DNA of 64,000 bases, taken from positions 189,472,001 to 189,536,000 of the forward strand of contig OZ024743.1 in NCBI GenBank assembly GCA_964016885.1. Reading direction: 5' to 3'. Positions within the stretch are counted from its first letter, which is position 1, and the number at the start of each line of letters is the position of its first letter. Below are positions 12,368-24,467 of this stretch, piece after piece. This DNA comes from Eledone cirrhosa (lineage: Eukaryota). The position numbers and the translations under genes are program-made. The notes beneath the pieces were generated by a model. The model saw nothing but the letters and a program-made list of their open reading frames with translations. It was not told the DNA's origin and did not search any database.

Positions 12368-12735
12368 ACGCACTCCCTGCTTCCAACGAAAATTATAGAA
12401 GCTGGATTCTTATAGAATTCCAGTAATAATCATTGATTATACAGAGCGATTGCCGGTCTAGCAAAAATTAGGTATTAGGATTGGTGCTATAAAAGAAGTA
12501 AGTAACATAGTCACTACTTTGAAACCGATAGCGTATGGTCTTTAAAATGTTTTTAATTAAACATACAGTATATTGCAAATACATACATTCATGTAAACAT
12601 CACTATTTCAGAGCACCAACCTAATACCTAATTTTTGCTGGACCAGCAATCGCTCTATATAATCAGCTCCTGATTATTACTGGAATTCTATAAGAATCCA
12701 GCTTCTATAATTTTCAGCGGAAGCAGGGAGTGCGT

Positions 12736-12777
12736 GGCTCTGATGATCGCCAAACAGTGTGAAATAGACTGCTAGCT
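12736..12777 (+). ncRNA. Degenerate hammerhead ribozyme (R1)
   Basis: ggct-CTGATGA-tcgccaaacagtgt-GAAAT-agactgct-agct within a long flanking stem; positionally homologous to 2994-3041. Confidence 0.55.
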
Positions 12778-12856
12778 TCTCTCCCTTCTTTCGCCGAAAA
12801 GAAATAAGTGACATAGTCACTACTTTAAAACCGATAACGTATGGTCTTCAACATGT

Positions 12857-13728
12857 TCATCATCATCATCATCGTTTAACGTCTATCTTCCACGCTAGCA
12901 TGGGTTTAGACGGAAATTGTCCCACGTGAGGCAAGATTGGTTGTCTTGCTCGTATAGGACTGTCTGGCAGGTTTTCTACAGCTGGATGCCCTTCCTAACA
13001 CCAACCACATTTACAGTGTGGACTGGGCCGTTTTTACCGTATTACCTACACGGCCACATTACAGCGTGGACTGTGTTATTTTTTGTTGTGACACCTACAC
13101 GACCTTATTTATGTAGGACGGGATGTTGTGGTACCAACATAACTTTACAGAGAAAGGGGTGGTGTAGATAGGGTGGGGGTAGGGGTAGTGGGATGGGGAT
13201 GTGTTTTTGGTTAAGAGGTTCCTACTGACTAGGTTTCGTTTTGTACATAGGCAAGGCGGGTCTTCTGTATTACTGCGTAGCGCCAACGATCTCGGTCCAC
13301 TGACATTGTTTTGGAGAGGTGTAATGTGTAAGGTCGGGATTTATCAAATCGTCACAGGTTTTTCTGGGTCTGCCTACTCCGTAACTACCATCAATTTTGA
13401 TCGCCCTGCACTTTTTTATGCAGCTGTCGTCTTTCATGCGCATCACGTGACCATACCAACGTAGTCTTCTTTCAAGTAAACAGCATCTGATCCCTCTTAT
13501 TCCTAATTTCTCACTTAGATCATTTATGCTTTGCCGTTCACGTATATTACTATTACACATCCAACGGAGCATGCATGCTTCGTTCCTTTCCAGTCTAGGC
13601 AGGTCCTCTGGACGTAATGCCCATGTCTCACTGCCATGTAGCATTGCTGTTCGTATACAGGCATCATACAGTGTGCCTTTCATTTTTAGAGAGTAACCTT
13701 TAGCGGCCAATAATAAGCTCTCTGAACT
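12857..13728 (-). mobile_element. RTE LINE 3' fragment (C-terminal ORF + 3' UTR + (TGA)n tail)
   Basis: ORF 13270-13710: KGTLYDACIRTAMLHGSETW..RRLRWYGHVMR..GRPRKT. Confidence 0.9.
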
Positions 13729-13744
13729 TTATATATATATATAT

Positions 13745-13925
13745 CAACTAGAAATTGATTGACATATATATATAAAATAAACATATGAAACAATCACAGG
13801 GAATAATTTGTAAATTGTGTAAGCACACACAGCTAGGTAGGTAACGAATTAAAGTTTAACTAGAACTTCAAATATAGATACCTGTTAAAATGATTAATCT
13901 TCCTTGTATATATTTCATTATATAT
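13745..13925 (+). repeat. Unclassified dispersed repeat (second copy at ~40971-41116)
   Basis: aactagaaattgatt..acatat...atgattaa.cttccttgtatatat..catta at both loci, both in TA tracts. Confidence 0.65.
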
Positions 13926-13944
13926 ATATAGTGTGTGTGTTATT

Positions 13945-14145
13945 AAATGTCGTTGATGTTATGAAGATTAAGTAGTAGGATCGTGTCTAACTCCCCTCCC
14001 ACCCCTTCTTGGGGTTCCTTCACCCACTCTCCTGATGAAGGGCTTATGCCCGAAGCATCGCACCCACACATGCCACCCTCACTAAGCATGAACCTAATAC
14101 CATTTGTAACTTGTACTCCTGCGTTGTTGTTGTTTTTTATATTCC

Positions 14146-14150
<5 letters not shown>
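13945..14150 (+). mobile_element. PLE 3' terminus with HHR-like core (same family as 10190)
   Basis: CTGATGA-a-gggc/ttat/gccc-GAAGC at 14032-14056; ends in (TA)n. Confidence 0.65.
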
Positions 14151-14195
<45 letters not shown>

Positions 14196-14201
<6 letters not shown>

Positions 14202-14560
14202 GGAATATAAAAAACAATAATACCCCATACAAACTTTTAAAAATAATAATACCCCATACAAACTTCTTTGGAGGAAGCTTACTAGATCCACGCCATTCCG
14301 ACCGCAGAGCGGGAGTTGTGACCTCTGTTTACTGGAATGCCATGCCATAATACACTCTAAACTGAACGTGCTTAACAGGAAATCGGAAATTTTCTCCTCA
14401 TGCCAACACAAAATCCTGAGTTCCTTCTTCTATTTTAAACCTAGGACATAGACGTAACATGTATTACGCAACCCCCACCTAGACATACCCCTCCTTCACT
14501 ATAACCCCCCCAACCCATAACCCAGATAGATAGGTAGCCTATGGGTGGAACAGTCCCCTA
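14196..14560 (+). mobile_element. Naiad-like PLE C-terminal fragment preceded by an inverted 3' tail
   Basis: 14254-14415 reads PYKLLWRKLTRSTPFRPQSGSCDLCLLECHAII..LNVLNRKSEIFSSCQHK (CxLCxxE..LNxRxE..CxH motif); 14196-14220 is the reverse complement of 14126-14150. Confidence 0.7.
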
Positions 14561-15254
14561 CAAGGTTTGTGTTTGTGTCTGTGTGCGTGTGTATGTGTAT
14601 TCTCCTTTTCTCTCACACACACATACACACACACATATGTATGTATATGTGTGTGCATGTGTACATGCATGTCTGTGTATGTTGTATACATGTATATTAT
14701 ATATATATATGTATATGTATATTATATACATATATATTATATGTGTGTGTATATATGATATGTACATATATATATGTATGTATATGTATGTATACGTGTA
14801 TGCGTGTGTATGATATGTATATATGTGTGTATGTATATATATTTTTTCTGTAGAAGTCTTCTCTATATGTGGTGTTTGGCATGAATTCCTCCTATAATAC
14901 TCTTCTTTGAGAGGAGCACGATATGTAGAGTAACACATATTTATTGTCGCAGTTGAAACTAAGAACCACCACCCCTGCTGACCCAGATATTTACTGAGGA
15001 CCGGAACACCATTCTCCACAATATAAGAGAGGAATGCGCTTGCCGGACTATTGATGACCATAACATCACATTCCAAGGTAATGGCAAAACACAGTGAATG
15101 GTAAGCATGACCTGAATATCACAACATGCACATCGGAGCAACAGAGATATAATATCAATAAGCGAATCAGTTGAATTTTTTGAGTTGAAATACATATAAA
15201 TATGTGTCTGTGTGTATCGGACACACGTACACATGAAGAAACTGCTGACCTAAA

Positions 15255-16610
15255 TGTACCTGTCATGCCTGTCTGAATTCCCAAGAAAATGTTCGGTCAG
15301 TTACTATCTTGACCGCTTACCCTCACAATTACTACGTAGCGGCACTTGCACGTGACTGCTAGGCCCGGATGAAACGAAGACGAAGAATTTCCTTCCGTAC
15401 CGTTGTGTACCACAGATGCGATCTCACTCTGCCTCGTTAATGTTCAATCAACACCAAAGTTATACGTTCTGGGCAATAGAATTGAATCCAACCACCGACA
15501 ACATAGTTGGATGACCGATAATCACACCAAACCGGAGTACTGTGATCCTTGTGATTTCGAGATATACAACCACTGATAGTGTAACGAAGACCTGAAAACC
15601 ATACTCCATAATATTGAACCAAGTGATTGATTTATGCGACCAAAATAAAACCACACACATATTGGTTCGGCAATGAACTAGGAATATTGTATCCTCCGTC
15701 AATGTCTGGGTGAGCAAAAATAGATTCCTATCTGCATTGAAATTTACGAACTTGTGCATCTGCTGTGGTGTCAAACACAAACGCACACGACCGCACAGAT
15801 GAGCAATGGACCATGCCACGTGGGTTGAACTTGCAAGTGAATTGAAGGATGTGTAACTCTGATATACAGATTATTTATTATTAAGATGTATAAACTTGAC
15901 ATAACTATTATCATCTTATATTCTCTCAACTAATCACATTTTATTATATTTCTCTATCCCGTTTTCTCCCCCATATTTATAATATTTTTATTTGACAAAA
16001 TCGGTTTTTTACATTGTGTTTTTCCCTTCTAATACATGCTTATATTTTTTTATATATTCTCTATATATTTTTTATATATATATATTTTTTATCTTTATTC
16101 TTATTTTCACTCTTATCCTCCTTTATATTTTACCTTATTCTTACTTTTATACCTTATTATAGTGTAATCTTCCCCATGCCTTATACATTATTAATTATAG
16201 ATTATTATTATCACTCTTATCCCATTTCTAATTTCCTCATGTACTTTCTCCTCCGTTATATATATATTGTATGCCCTTTGTGTGTGTGTAGCCTCTGCAC
16301 ACCCTCTGCACCCTACTATCGACGCACCCCATCTATGGCTCCACTAACCACTCGACTCCCGGGAATGAATATGACAACAGCTAGTAAACAAGGACCAACA
16401 CCCCACCCTCCCGTACCAAAATTAGACTTATCGTCCCCTGCTTTTGCTCTTTACTCTCTAAACTCTTTGTTCTTGAATGTTTGGTTGGTAGAGTCCATAA
16501 CACCAATCAAACCACTTTTATAGATCTGACGAATCCTACGGTTACGTAAGGAAGAAACATTGTAAGCCAATAAAAAATCTTTTGATGTTGTAGACGCTCT
16601 TGTGTTCTTT

Positions 16611-16614
<4 letters not shown>
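15255..16614 (+). mobile_element. Decayed PLE 3' end (CxxC linker, GIY-YIG endonuclease, T-rich UTR, HHR), Neptune/Penelope-like
   Basis: Frameshifted remnants CHAC, TVVYHRC, LYV.G, NHR and EQW-TMPRGLN (~15800-15830); HHR and AATAAA at 16521-16574; then (TA)n. Confidence 0.55.
16521..16568 (+). ncRNA. Minimal type I hammerhead ribozyme
   Basis: CTGACGA-atcctacg/gtta/cgtaaggaa-GAAAC-att-GTA-agcc-AATAAA; stem I imperfect. Confidence 0.65.
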
Positions 16615-16668
<54 letters not shown>

Positions 16669-16963
16669 ATATTGCTCTGATTATTTAATTTATTAATTCT
16701 TCATTGAGCCACATCGTGAACGGTTGCCACATATATATATGTGACTTTATGTGTATGTAAATCTTTATATTTAATAATCTCCAGTTGGATTAAGATGCAA
16801 TTTGGGCGATATTGGGCTGCGCTTTCTAGCAACCAGCCTACTCGTCGCAAGCAACTAATCACATTCTTTCTAACTTGAACACTGCCACGTCACGATTCTT
16901 AGTCATTTTTTTAATCTATTTCTGGCGGGATCGCTTTGGAAAATTAACTGTCCTATTGAGTTT

Positions 16964-17040
16964 GTCTCCTGATGAGTTCGATACTCGAGATTTATCCTTA
17001 ATAGGATGCCTCAAAATACGAACGAAACCATGGTAGTGAT
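16964..17040 (+). ncRNA. Type I hammerhead ribozyme with extended stem II
   Basis: gtctc-CTGATGA-gttcg..(atcct taat aggat)..cgaac-GAAAC-catg-GTA-gtgat; palindromic ACCATGGT stem III. Confidence 0.7.
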
Positions 17041-17323
17041 TAACTAGGGTATTTACCCATTTCTTCTAACTTTAAATGTATACCTAATTGTGTATGTTTG
17101 ACGATATATTTGGTCAGTTTCTACATGCTGTTAAAATGTTGGGTAAATACTCTATTGTGGTCAACCGCGAAGAGGCTGCTTTCGGTTATTTATCAAATAT
17201 TTCTTCATAGGAGCCTTTATTCTTATAGCCTGGTCTAATTGATTTTTTATATGGTTAATTATGCTAATTGGGAGAGGAAATAGTATATATTTTATCTAAT
17301 AATTCTACTAAGGACATTATTTA

Positions 17324-17354
<31 letters not shown>

Positions 17355-17900
17355 CTAGCTGGCCCGTCCGGCTGGCGCACGGCTACTATTGGCATGTTCT
17401 GCAGCATCAATATATATATATATATATATATATATAGCTGACGTACCTAGCTTCGCTTGGATAAACAGATGATAAGCCATCTGTGTAGTATAGTATTACT
17501 GTTATAGTATAGTATTATTATATAGTATAGTATAATATTACTGTTGAAAATATATAGCATAGTTTTACTGTTGAAAATATATAGTATAGTATCACTGTTG
17601 AAAATATATACTATAGTATTACTGTTGAAAATATATAGTATAGTATTATTGTTGAAAATATATAGTACAATATTACTGTTGAAAATATATAGTACAATAT
17701 TACTGTTGAAAATATGTACACGAATATATAATTATATATTTATATATATAATTAATTAAAAGTTGGTTAGAAGCGAAGTCAATGCAGACAGGCAGACATA
17801 CAGACAGATATTATAAGCGGGCGACGTTATAGCTATGTATCTATCTAAACAGACAGAGTAAGAAAGAGAGAGGAATGTTGTATTATATATATTATATATA
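17355..17900 (-). mobile_element. Non-autonomous Helitron(s): two tandem 3' ends plus an internal minisatellite
   Basis: Minus strand gccgtgcgccagccggacgggccagCTAG|T (hairpin + CTAG) at 17355-17383; a second end ccaagcgaagctaggtacgtcagcta at 17435-17460; GTCT-type repeats at ~17785-17810; 5' part duplicated at ~18357-18478. Confidence 0.6.
17480..17715. repeat. 27-bp minisatellite (ttgaaaatatatagtatagtattactg), about 6-7 copies
   Basis: Direct observation; produces the LLLKIYSIV repeat ORF. Confidence 0.9.
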
Positions 17901-18086
17901 ATAAAGTACCAGTAATGTACTGGGATAATTGCTGGCCTTGTGCCAAAAGTAGAAACAATTATTCTTCTTTTTTATACAACTGTAAATAACTTGTTTATGT
18001 ATGTATATATATATACGTATAGATATGATTAAAGGAATGGTGTAATAAAATTTACAAATTAAACTGTCTCTTATTTATGATACTAA

Positions 18087-18117
<31 letters not shown>

Positions 18118-18226
18118 AGAATTAAAATACTAGAGTGTGTTGGAGTTAAACACCCTCTTCATATTATAGAAATGACAGTATAAGATATACCTCAATGTAA
18201 TTAAACAGAGCCGAAGAATTATAAAA

Positions 18227-18308
<82 letters not shown>

Positions 18309-18669
18309 TATATATATATAAATACACACACTATATATACATATATACACCCACAGATAGCGAAGTCATTGAATGGTTTTAATAATGCAGACATACAGAG
18401 GCATATTATAAGGGCGCAACATTATAGCTATGTATATATCTAAAAGACCGACTAAGAAAGAGAGAGGAATGTCGTATAACCGGAAGTGTTGACATTTGAA
18501 CATTTTAAAGAAGTGAATATTTAAATAATATCTTTAATCTTTTAACAAAATTTAGTAGACAACTTCTTACTTGGAAAGAGTTACATCTTTGGTGCCATTT
18601 GGTTCAGCTGTTTGACGAAAGGTTTGCTACGTACATACGGCTGCCAGCTTAATGAGTATAGATATATAT

Positions 18670-18774
<105 letters not shown>

Positions 18775-20114
18775 CACATATACATATATATATATACACA
18801 TATTATATATATATATATATACATATACACACATATATATACATATATATATACTATAAATGTACATATGGTAGATGCTTGACATGGCTGGGATGAATTA
18901 GAAGAAGCACTAATATAGCGTGATACTTAATGAATATGTATATGAATTTATATATGATTTGTTTATATATGTAAATCTATGTAAATCTTGCTATGAATGT
19001 TTTCATCTCAGTTGCTATGAATATTTTCAACTCAGTTGCTGTGTGAGAATGCAAGATATGTGTATTTCAGGATTTTAAAATCAGTGATATGCAAAATAAT
19101 GAAATTCTCCAGCAGATGTTTATATGCAAAAAGCATATAAGCTTTAGTTTATTCTTATCTCAGTACTGAGTGAGTTAACATTACTGAGGATTGCTTTAAA
19201 AAATCCTGAAATACTAGTGTCTCTCATTTCCACATGGCTATTGAAATAGCTGTGATATGATCACAGATTAAAATATACATCTAGAGACTTATACATTACA
19301 CAAATTGGGCTATTTTTTTAAGATGGTAGAGTGTGATTTGAGGGAGATGTTGCTGTTATTACAAACAAGATGTGTGATCACATAAAGCTCCCTAATTAGC
19401 TCAAAGTAGTGATAGTAAATCAATATTGTGAATGTGTTGAATGCATATTATCATGTGCTGCTGTTGGTGATGTTCTTTGATACTTTGTTAGCTCTAATCA
19501 GAAAGACAGCTTTATCTACTTGTGTGTATAGACCTGTAAATCTTGGTGGAATCATAAGGACATCACAGCACCATACTGCATTTCTAGGACATTTTACAGT
19601 TGGCAGAGCCCACTCACCTCCAGGTTTGAACACAACCAATTTCTTCCAGAGAAGGATAGGGAGAAAGGGATATAGTGGAAAAATCGACCCCAGTAATTAA
19701 ATGACACATTGTTATCGACATTGAAATGTAAAATTGAAGGCAGAATCAACCCCAGTACTGAACTGATACAATTTTATTAACATTAAAAGGCAAAGTTGAC
19801 TGTGTAGGGATTTGAACACAGAGACAGCAGAAAGCTGGAATGGGTTCCACAAAGCCTTCTATCTGACATTCTAATGATTCTACCAATTTACCACCTCCTG
19901 TCTATTTAAATCTATTTAAAACTACATTGTCCTATATGCTATTTCATTTTTGATGATGCTATGGCATGATTTAAGAGTTGTTTCTCTGCTATTTCTAGAA
20001 GGTAAAGTGACCAGTTAAAAACTGTGTATTTATTCATTGGTCGTAATAAAAGTTGAGATGAAGGTATTACCAAAATTCTATTCTTTTAATTTTCTTTTAC
20101 AATTTAGTTGATGC

Positions 20115-20206
20115 TATTGTTGTTGTTGTTCTTCTTCTTTTTCTTCTTCTTCTTCTTCTTCTTCTTCTTCTTCTTCTTCTTCTTCTTCTTCTTCTTCTTC
20201 TTCTTC
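20115..20206. repeat. (GTT)n(CTT)n microsatellite
   Basis: Direct observation. Confidence 0.95.
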
Positions 20207-20685
20207 CATATTAATAATAATATAATTGGAAGTTTTTTGATGTTTCCATTGGTTTTGATTTACAAAAGAACCTATGCTTAATTTAATAATTACTTGACTG
20301 AACATTTTCTCAGTTATTACTAAAGTTATTTGCTGATCTTTCAAATAATTTTCCACTTTATTCTGTTTTCATCTATTGGTGGTAATGTGGTGGTGATGGG
20401 AGTTGGTGATGGTTGGGTTACCAGAATTAGAAACAATACTGTACATGTAAGTTAGAAAGATTTTGCCAATAGATTTTTTAGAGCTATTTTTCACTCATAC
20501 CAATTTTATGTCTGTGCTTTAAGATTTCATTTGACCTAAGGTTTCTGAATTAGTTTTTGTTCTATTAGAAGTTCATTTTTACATTTGACGATAAAAATAT
20601 GACATTCATCATCATCATCATCATCACTGTTTTACATCTGTTCTTCCATGCTAGCATGGGTTAGATATTAATAACAATAATCATA

Positions 20686-20850
20686 ATAATTGTTTCTACT
20701 TTTGACACAAGGCCAGCAATTATCCCAGTTCTTTACTAGTACTTTATTTTATCGAAGGATGAAAGGCAAAGTTAACCTCGACGGGATTTGAACTAAAACC
20801 ATAAAGGGACGTAACTCTAAGCTGGACAGCATGGTGTCCGACCCTCTACC
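20686..20850 (-). mobile_element. SINE family A
   Basis: Homologous to the adjacent copy at 20867-21057. Confidence 0.8.
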
Positions 20851-20866
20851 AATACTGAATAATAAT

Positions 20867-21057
20867 TGTTTCTACTTTTTGGCACAAGGCCAGCAATTAC
20901 CCAGTGCATTACTGGTACTTTATTTTATCGACCCCGTAAGGATGAAAGGCAAAGTTAACCTAGGCGGGATTTGAACTCAGAATGGCAAGGGCCGTAACTC
21001 TATGCGTCAAAGCATGGCGTACGACCCTCTACCAATACTACCAATCCACCGCCCTTG
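20867..21057 (-). mobile_element. tRNA-derived SINE family A, full length, 16-bp TSD
   Basis: A box-like tggtagtattgg and B box gagttcaaatccc; aatactgaataataat duplicated at 20851-20866 and 21058-21073. Confidence 0.9.
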
Positions 21058-21683
21058 AATACTGAATAATAATGGTTTCTTATTTAGGCACAAGCCCAGC
21101 AATTTTGGGAAGAGAACAGCTAATTCCATCGATTGCAGTAGAAGTGATGGGGTGAGTTAGTGATATTAATGGTGTTAGTTGTGGAATGTACAGGTTTGTT
21201 CTGGCCATATTAGTGGGAGGTTAGTGAGGTTAGAGAGAAAAAGGAAGTGAGAAAGAGAGAAAAGTATTAACTCCAATATTAGACTGGTACTTTACATCAA
21301 CCCCAAAAGGATGAAAGCCAAAATTGACCTCAAAGGGATTTGAGAGCAGAGAGCCAGAATGAAAACCCAGAGCATTCTCCTATTATTCTAATGACTCTGC
21401 AAATTCGCTGCCTCCTTTCATTATATAAAGAAGCCAATTTTTAAAGCAGAGAAAAAGATCTGCATTGATCATGATTTACTCCCAAACAGTAGCAATGATT
21501 ATAAACACAATTGAAAACTGAGTATTAAAGTTTGGTACAAGTTTGACTATGAGACAAGGTCTTTGCAAATTGACTACTGTATTTCTTCCTCCCTGACAAC
21601 AGTGGTGTACATGGATCTACCAGAATTTCTTGCAGTATTAGTTTCTGAAGCATTGTGTGTTTTATACTTGTGATTTGCTGGGA

Positions 21684-21752
21684 CTACTCATCATCTTCTT
21701 CTTCAGAAGTGTCATTTCCTGAAGGGGTGCAGAACTCAGCACCAATAAATCC
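21684..21752 (-). CDS. Possible terminal coding exon of an unidentified host gene
   Basis: ctttatAG acceptor then GFIGAEFCTPSGNDTSEEEDDE*; unique sequence; no partner exons identified. Confidence 0.25.
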   Translation of the reverse strand, partial: GFIGAEFCTPSGNDTSEEEDDE

Positions 21753-23203
21753 CTATAAAGTTTAGAGTTATGTCACTTTTACAATAGTGTTGAGAGTTTT
21801 ATAAACTTTGTTATGAACACTGACCCCGAAACTAAGTAGAAATCACTAAACTCCTATCTGTTAGTCCGGTACTCTATTGACTTGGTAATATAAAATTGAT
21901 TAAACATAAGCCTAAATTCATTATAAACTAATGACTTTTCAATGAATATTTCGCAACACATTTAAGACCTTTTGGAAATCAAACTATTTATTCTTGGTTT
22001 ATTGATTTTTTTTTTTTTCTAAATGCTTTTTTTTTTCATTGTGAATAGAACCATTCTTTCTGATAAAACAACACTGTCCCTGTCCTTCCTTAAAAAAAGG
22101 CATATGGCATTTGGCAAATAGTTTTTAAGTTTTATAAATTATCTCACATTTTGTTGGCAAAAATTATTAGCGTTGATAAATGGAACAGTTATTCTCTGCA
22201 CAATAGCAAACTCATATTGATTTCAATTTAATATTCTAACAACTAGATTAGCCGATTATTTTTGATGCACTGTTGCTCTCTTTCAAAGAGATAATTTTAG
22301 TGAGGAAAAAAATGCAAAAACATACGAACAGAAACAATTCATGAGAAACCATAGAATTAAAAGTAGATAATAAAACGAAACCAACAGACAAGAGAAATAT
22401 AAAAGAACTGGTATATTTTCTCTTTAATGTATTTTTTAATTGTGCCTATAGTGATTGTTATTTGAGAAATTATTCAGTGATTTTTAGCGTATTAGCCATG
22501 GATTACTGTGAATTAAATTTACTTCATCTTGAATTGAGTGTAAAATGATGAAATTGGCAAATATCTCTTGTCAATTGACACATATATCATGTAACCTTGG
22601 AAATATCTGCAAGCTATAGTATTTGATCATTATGATTATAATCCTTTGATACAAATTTCTGCATTTAATGGAGCATTAAATCAAAATTTATGTGACTGTT
22701 ATTTCATTTGCAATATGGTGCCATTCCAGTTTTTGCTTGAAATTATGTCTAAACCATTTTAGTTTTGCAATAGAAAACTGAATTCAAATTCACAAAACAA
22801 TACTCTCATCACATTCTGTGAAGCCATACATAAGGTTCTGTTATACAGTCAGCTTCAAGTTGTGCACAAATTGTAGGCAGACCCCTACTCAGATATAAAG
22901 ACAAAATGAAATACAATATTGAACGTACTTCTTAACTCTTTTCAAGCCCTAAATGGTTATCTTAGAAAATGGAGAACATCTGATTATCCATTTTTGTAAT
23001 CTAAGATCTAACACCAAGATTTGGTCAAACATTCTAGCTTGTTTTGTTCAACATTTTGTCATCTGCACTACATTCAGTGCGATGTGTAAATCAGTAGTGA
23101 GACTGGTGTGCCATTTAAAGTTTAACCATAAAGAATCAACACAGAAGACTGTTGAACCTACATGCATGGAAATGGGCTGGAGAATCCATCACATATATAT
23201 CTA

Positions 23204-23548
23204 TCATCATCATCATCATCATCATTTGTACGTCCGCTTTTCCCTGCTTGCAAGGGTGGGACGGGAACTGATTCTGGCTTGATTTCTACAGCTGGATGCC
23301 CTTCCTAACACCAACCTCATTTACAGTGAGTGCTGGGTGCTTTTTTTCCGTGGCGCCTACACGTCCACTTTACAGTGGAATGATAGGGACCCCAGTCCCT
23401 ATCATCTCATTTCTACAGCTGAGTAAACTGGAGCAATGTGAAATAAAGTGTCTTGCTCAAGGAAACAACACATCACCCGGTCTGAGAATTGAACTCACAA
23501 CCTTTCGATTGCAAGGCCAATGCTCTAACCACTAAGCCATGTGCCTCC
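23204..23548 (-). mobile_element. SINE family B (tRNA head + CORE-like domain + RTE-derived 3' tail)
   Basis: Reverse complement of 40261-40606. Confidence 0.9.
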
Positions 23549-23986
23549 ATTTATATATCTATGTATAAGAGAGATTCTAAAATATGTGAGGTGTTAGTTT
23601 CATTTTGCTTTGGAAAGCATATGGCTTGGAATTTCATTTATAATAATTGTAATTTTTATTTATTTGCTTTGAGATCTAAGTAAAATTAGTATATTTGAGT
23701 TTGGTTTAGAGTATCTACTGAGTGTTAGTAAACTGATTAGAGTAATAACGGTCTTATTTACACACACGCACACACACAAATATATATATACGGCAAACAC
23801 TCATCTTTTTCCATTTCTGAGAGGGTTATAAATCCCACTATCAGGCTAGAAATTTCTTTAGTTTAAAATATGGTGAAAGCTTATAATTTCTAATTTCTAA
23901 TTTCAAACTCGTGCACCGTTTCAAAAACATACTTACATGTTTACGTTTATAATTTGCTTGTATATATATATATATATATATTTATT

Positions 23987-24277
23987 TATTTATTAAAATA
24001 ACAGATTAAAGTTTAAGCAAAGAATCGCTGCTTTCACCCTTAATGGGATCTTCTGAAACTAAAAATATCAATCTGTGAACGCAGAAGTAAATATTTCGAA
24101 AAACGTTGCAACGTTTATTTAAATATTTACTTCTGCGTTCACAGATTGATATTTTTAGTTTCAGAATTTCCCATTAAGGGTGAAAGCAGCGATTCTTTGC
24201 TTAAATTTTAATCTGTTATTTTAATAAATATTTGCTCTACGGTTCTTATATATTTGATATATATTCATCCTTATCGC
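23987..24277. mobile_element. Palindrome family P1: zero-spacer 244-bp hairpin (23987-24230) plus unpaired tail
   Basis: Centre aacgttg|caacgtt at 24108/24109; arms complementary with few mismatches. Confidence 0.85.
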
Positions 24278-24280
24278 AAG

Positions 24281-24414
24281 AGTTACGGCCCTTTCCATTC
24301 TGAGTTCAAATCCCGCCGAGGTTAACTTTGCCTTTCATCCTTACGGGGTCGATAAAATAAAGTACCAGTAATACACTGGGTAATTGCTGGCCTTGTGCCA
24401 AAAGTAGAAACAAT

Positions 24415-24415
<1 letters not shown>
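24281..24415 (+). mobile_element. SINE family A, 5'-truncated
   Basis: gagttcaaatcccgccgaggttaactttgcctttcatcc... Confidence 0.85.
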
Positions 24416-24451
<36 letters not shown>

Positions 24452-24467
24452 ATAACGTTAAATGATA

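Larger units (their letters stand above)
12171..12855. mobile_element. Retrozyme-like family R1, locus 2: one minus-strand monomer plus ~1.2 plus-strand monomers
   Basis: aaaagaa.taagt.acatagtcac recurs at 12491 and 12797 (306 nt period); tt.gtgct recurs at 12171 and 12481; homologous to 2632-3167. Confidence 0.8.

Noticed and set aside
17544-17715. Regular 27-bp repeats as a CRISPR array
   Set aside because: Head-to-tail with no spacers; eukaryotic context
18478-18490. ccggaagtg ETS-like promoter motif
   Set aside because: A single short motif at a repeat edge with no supporting gene
20114-20356. Poly-Glu ORF
   Set aside because: (CTT)n microsatellite
23296-23535. Recurrent [20 protein letters not shown].. 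in several places
   Set aside because: Antisense translation of SINE B / RTE 3' UTR
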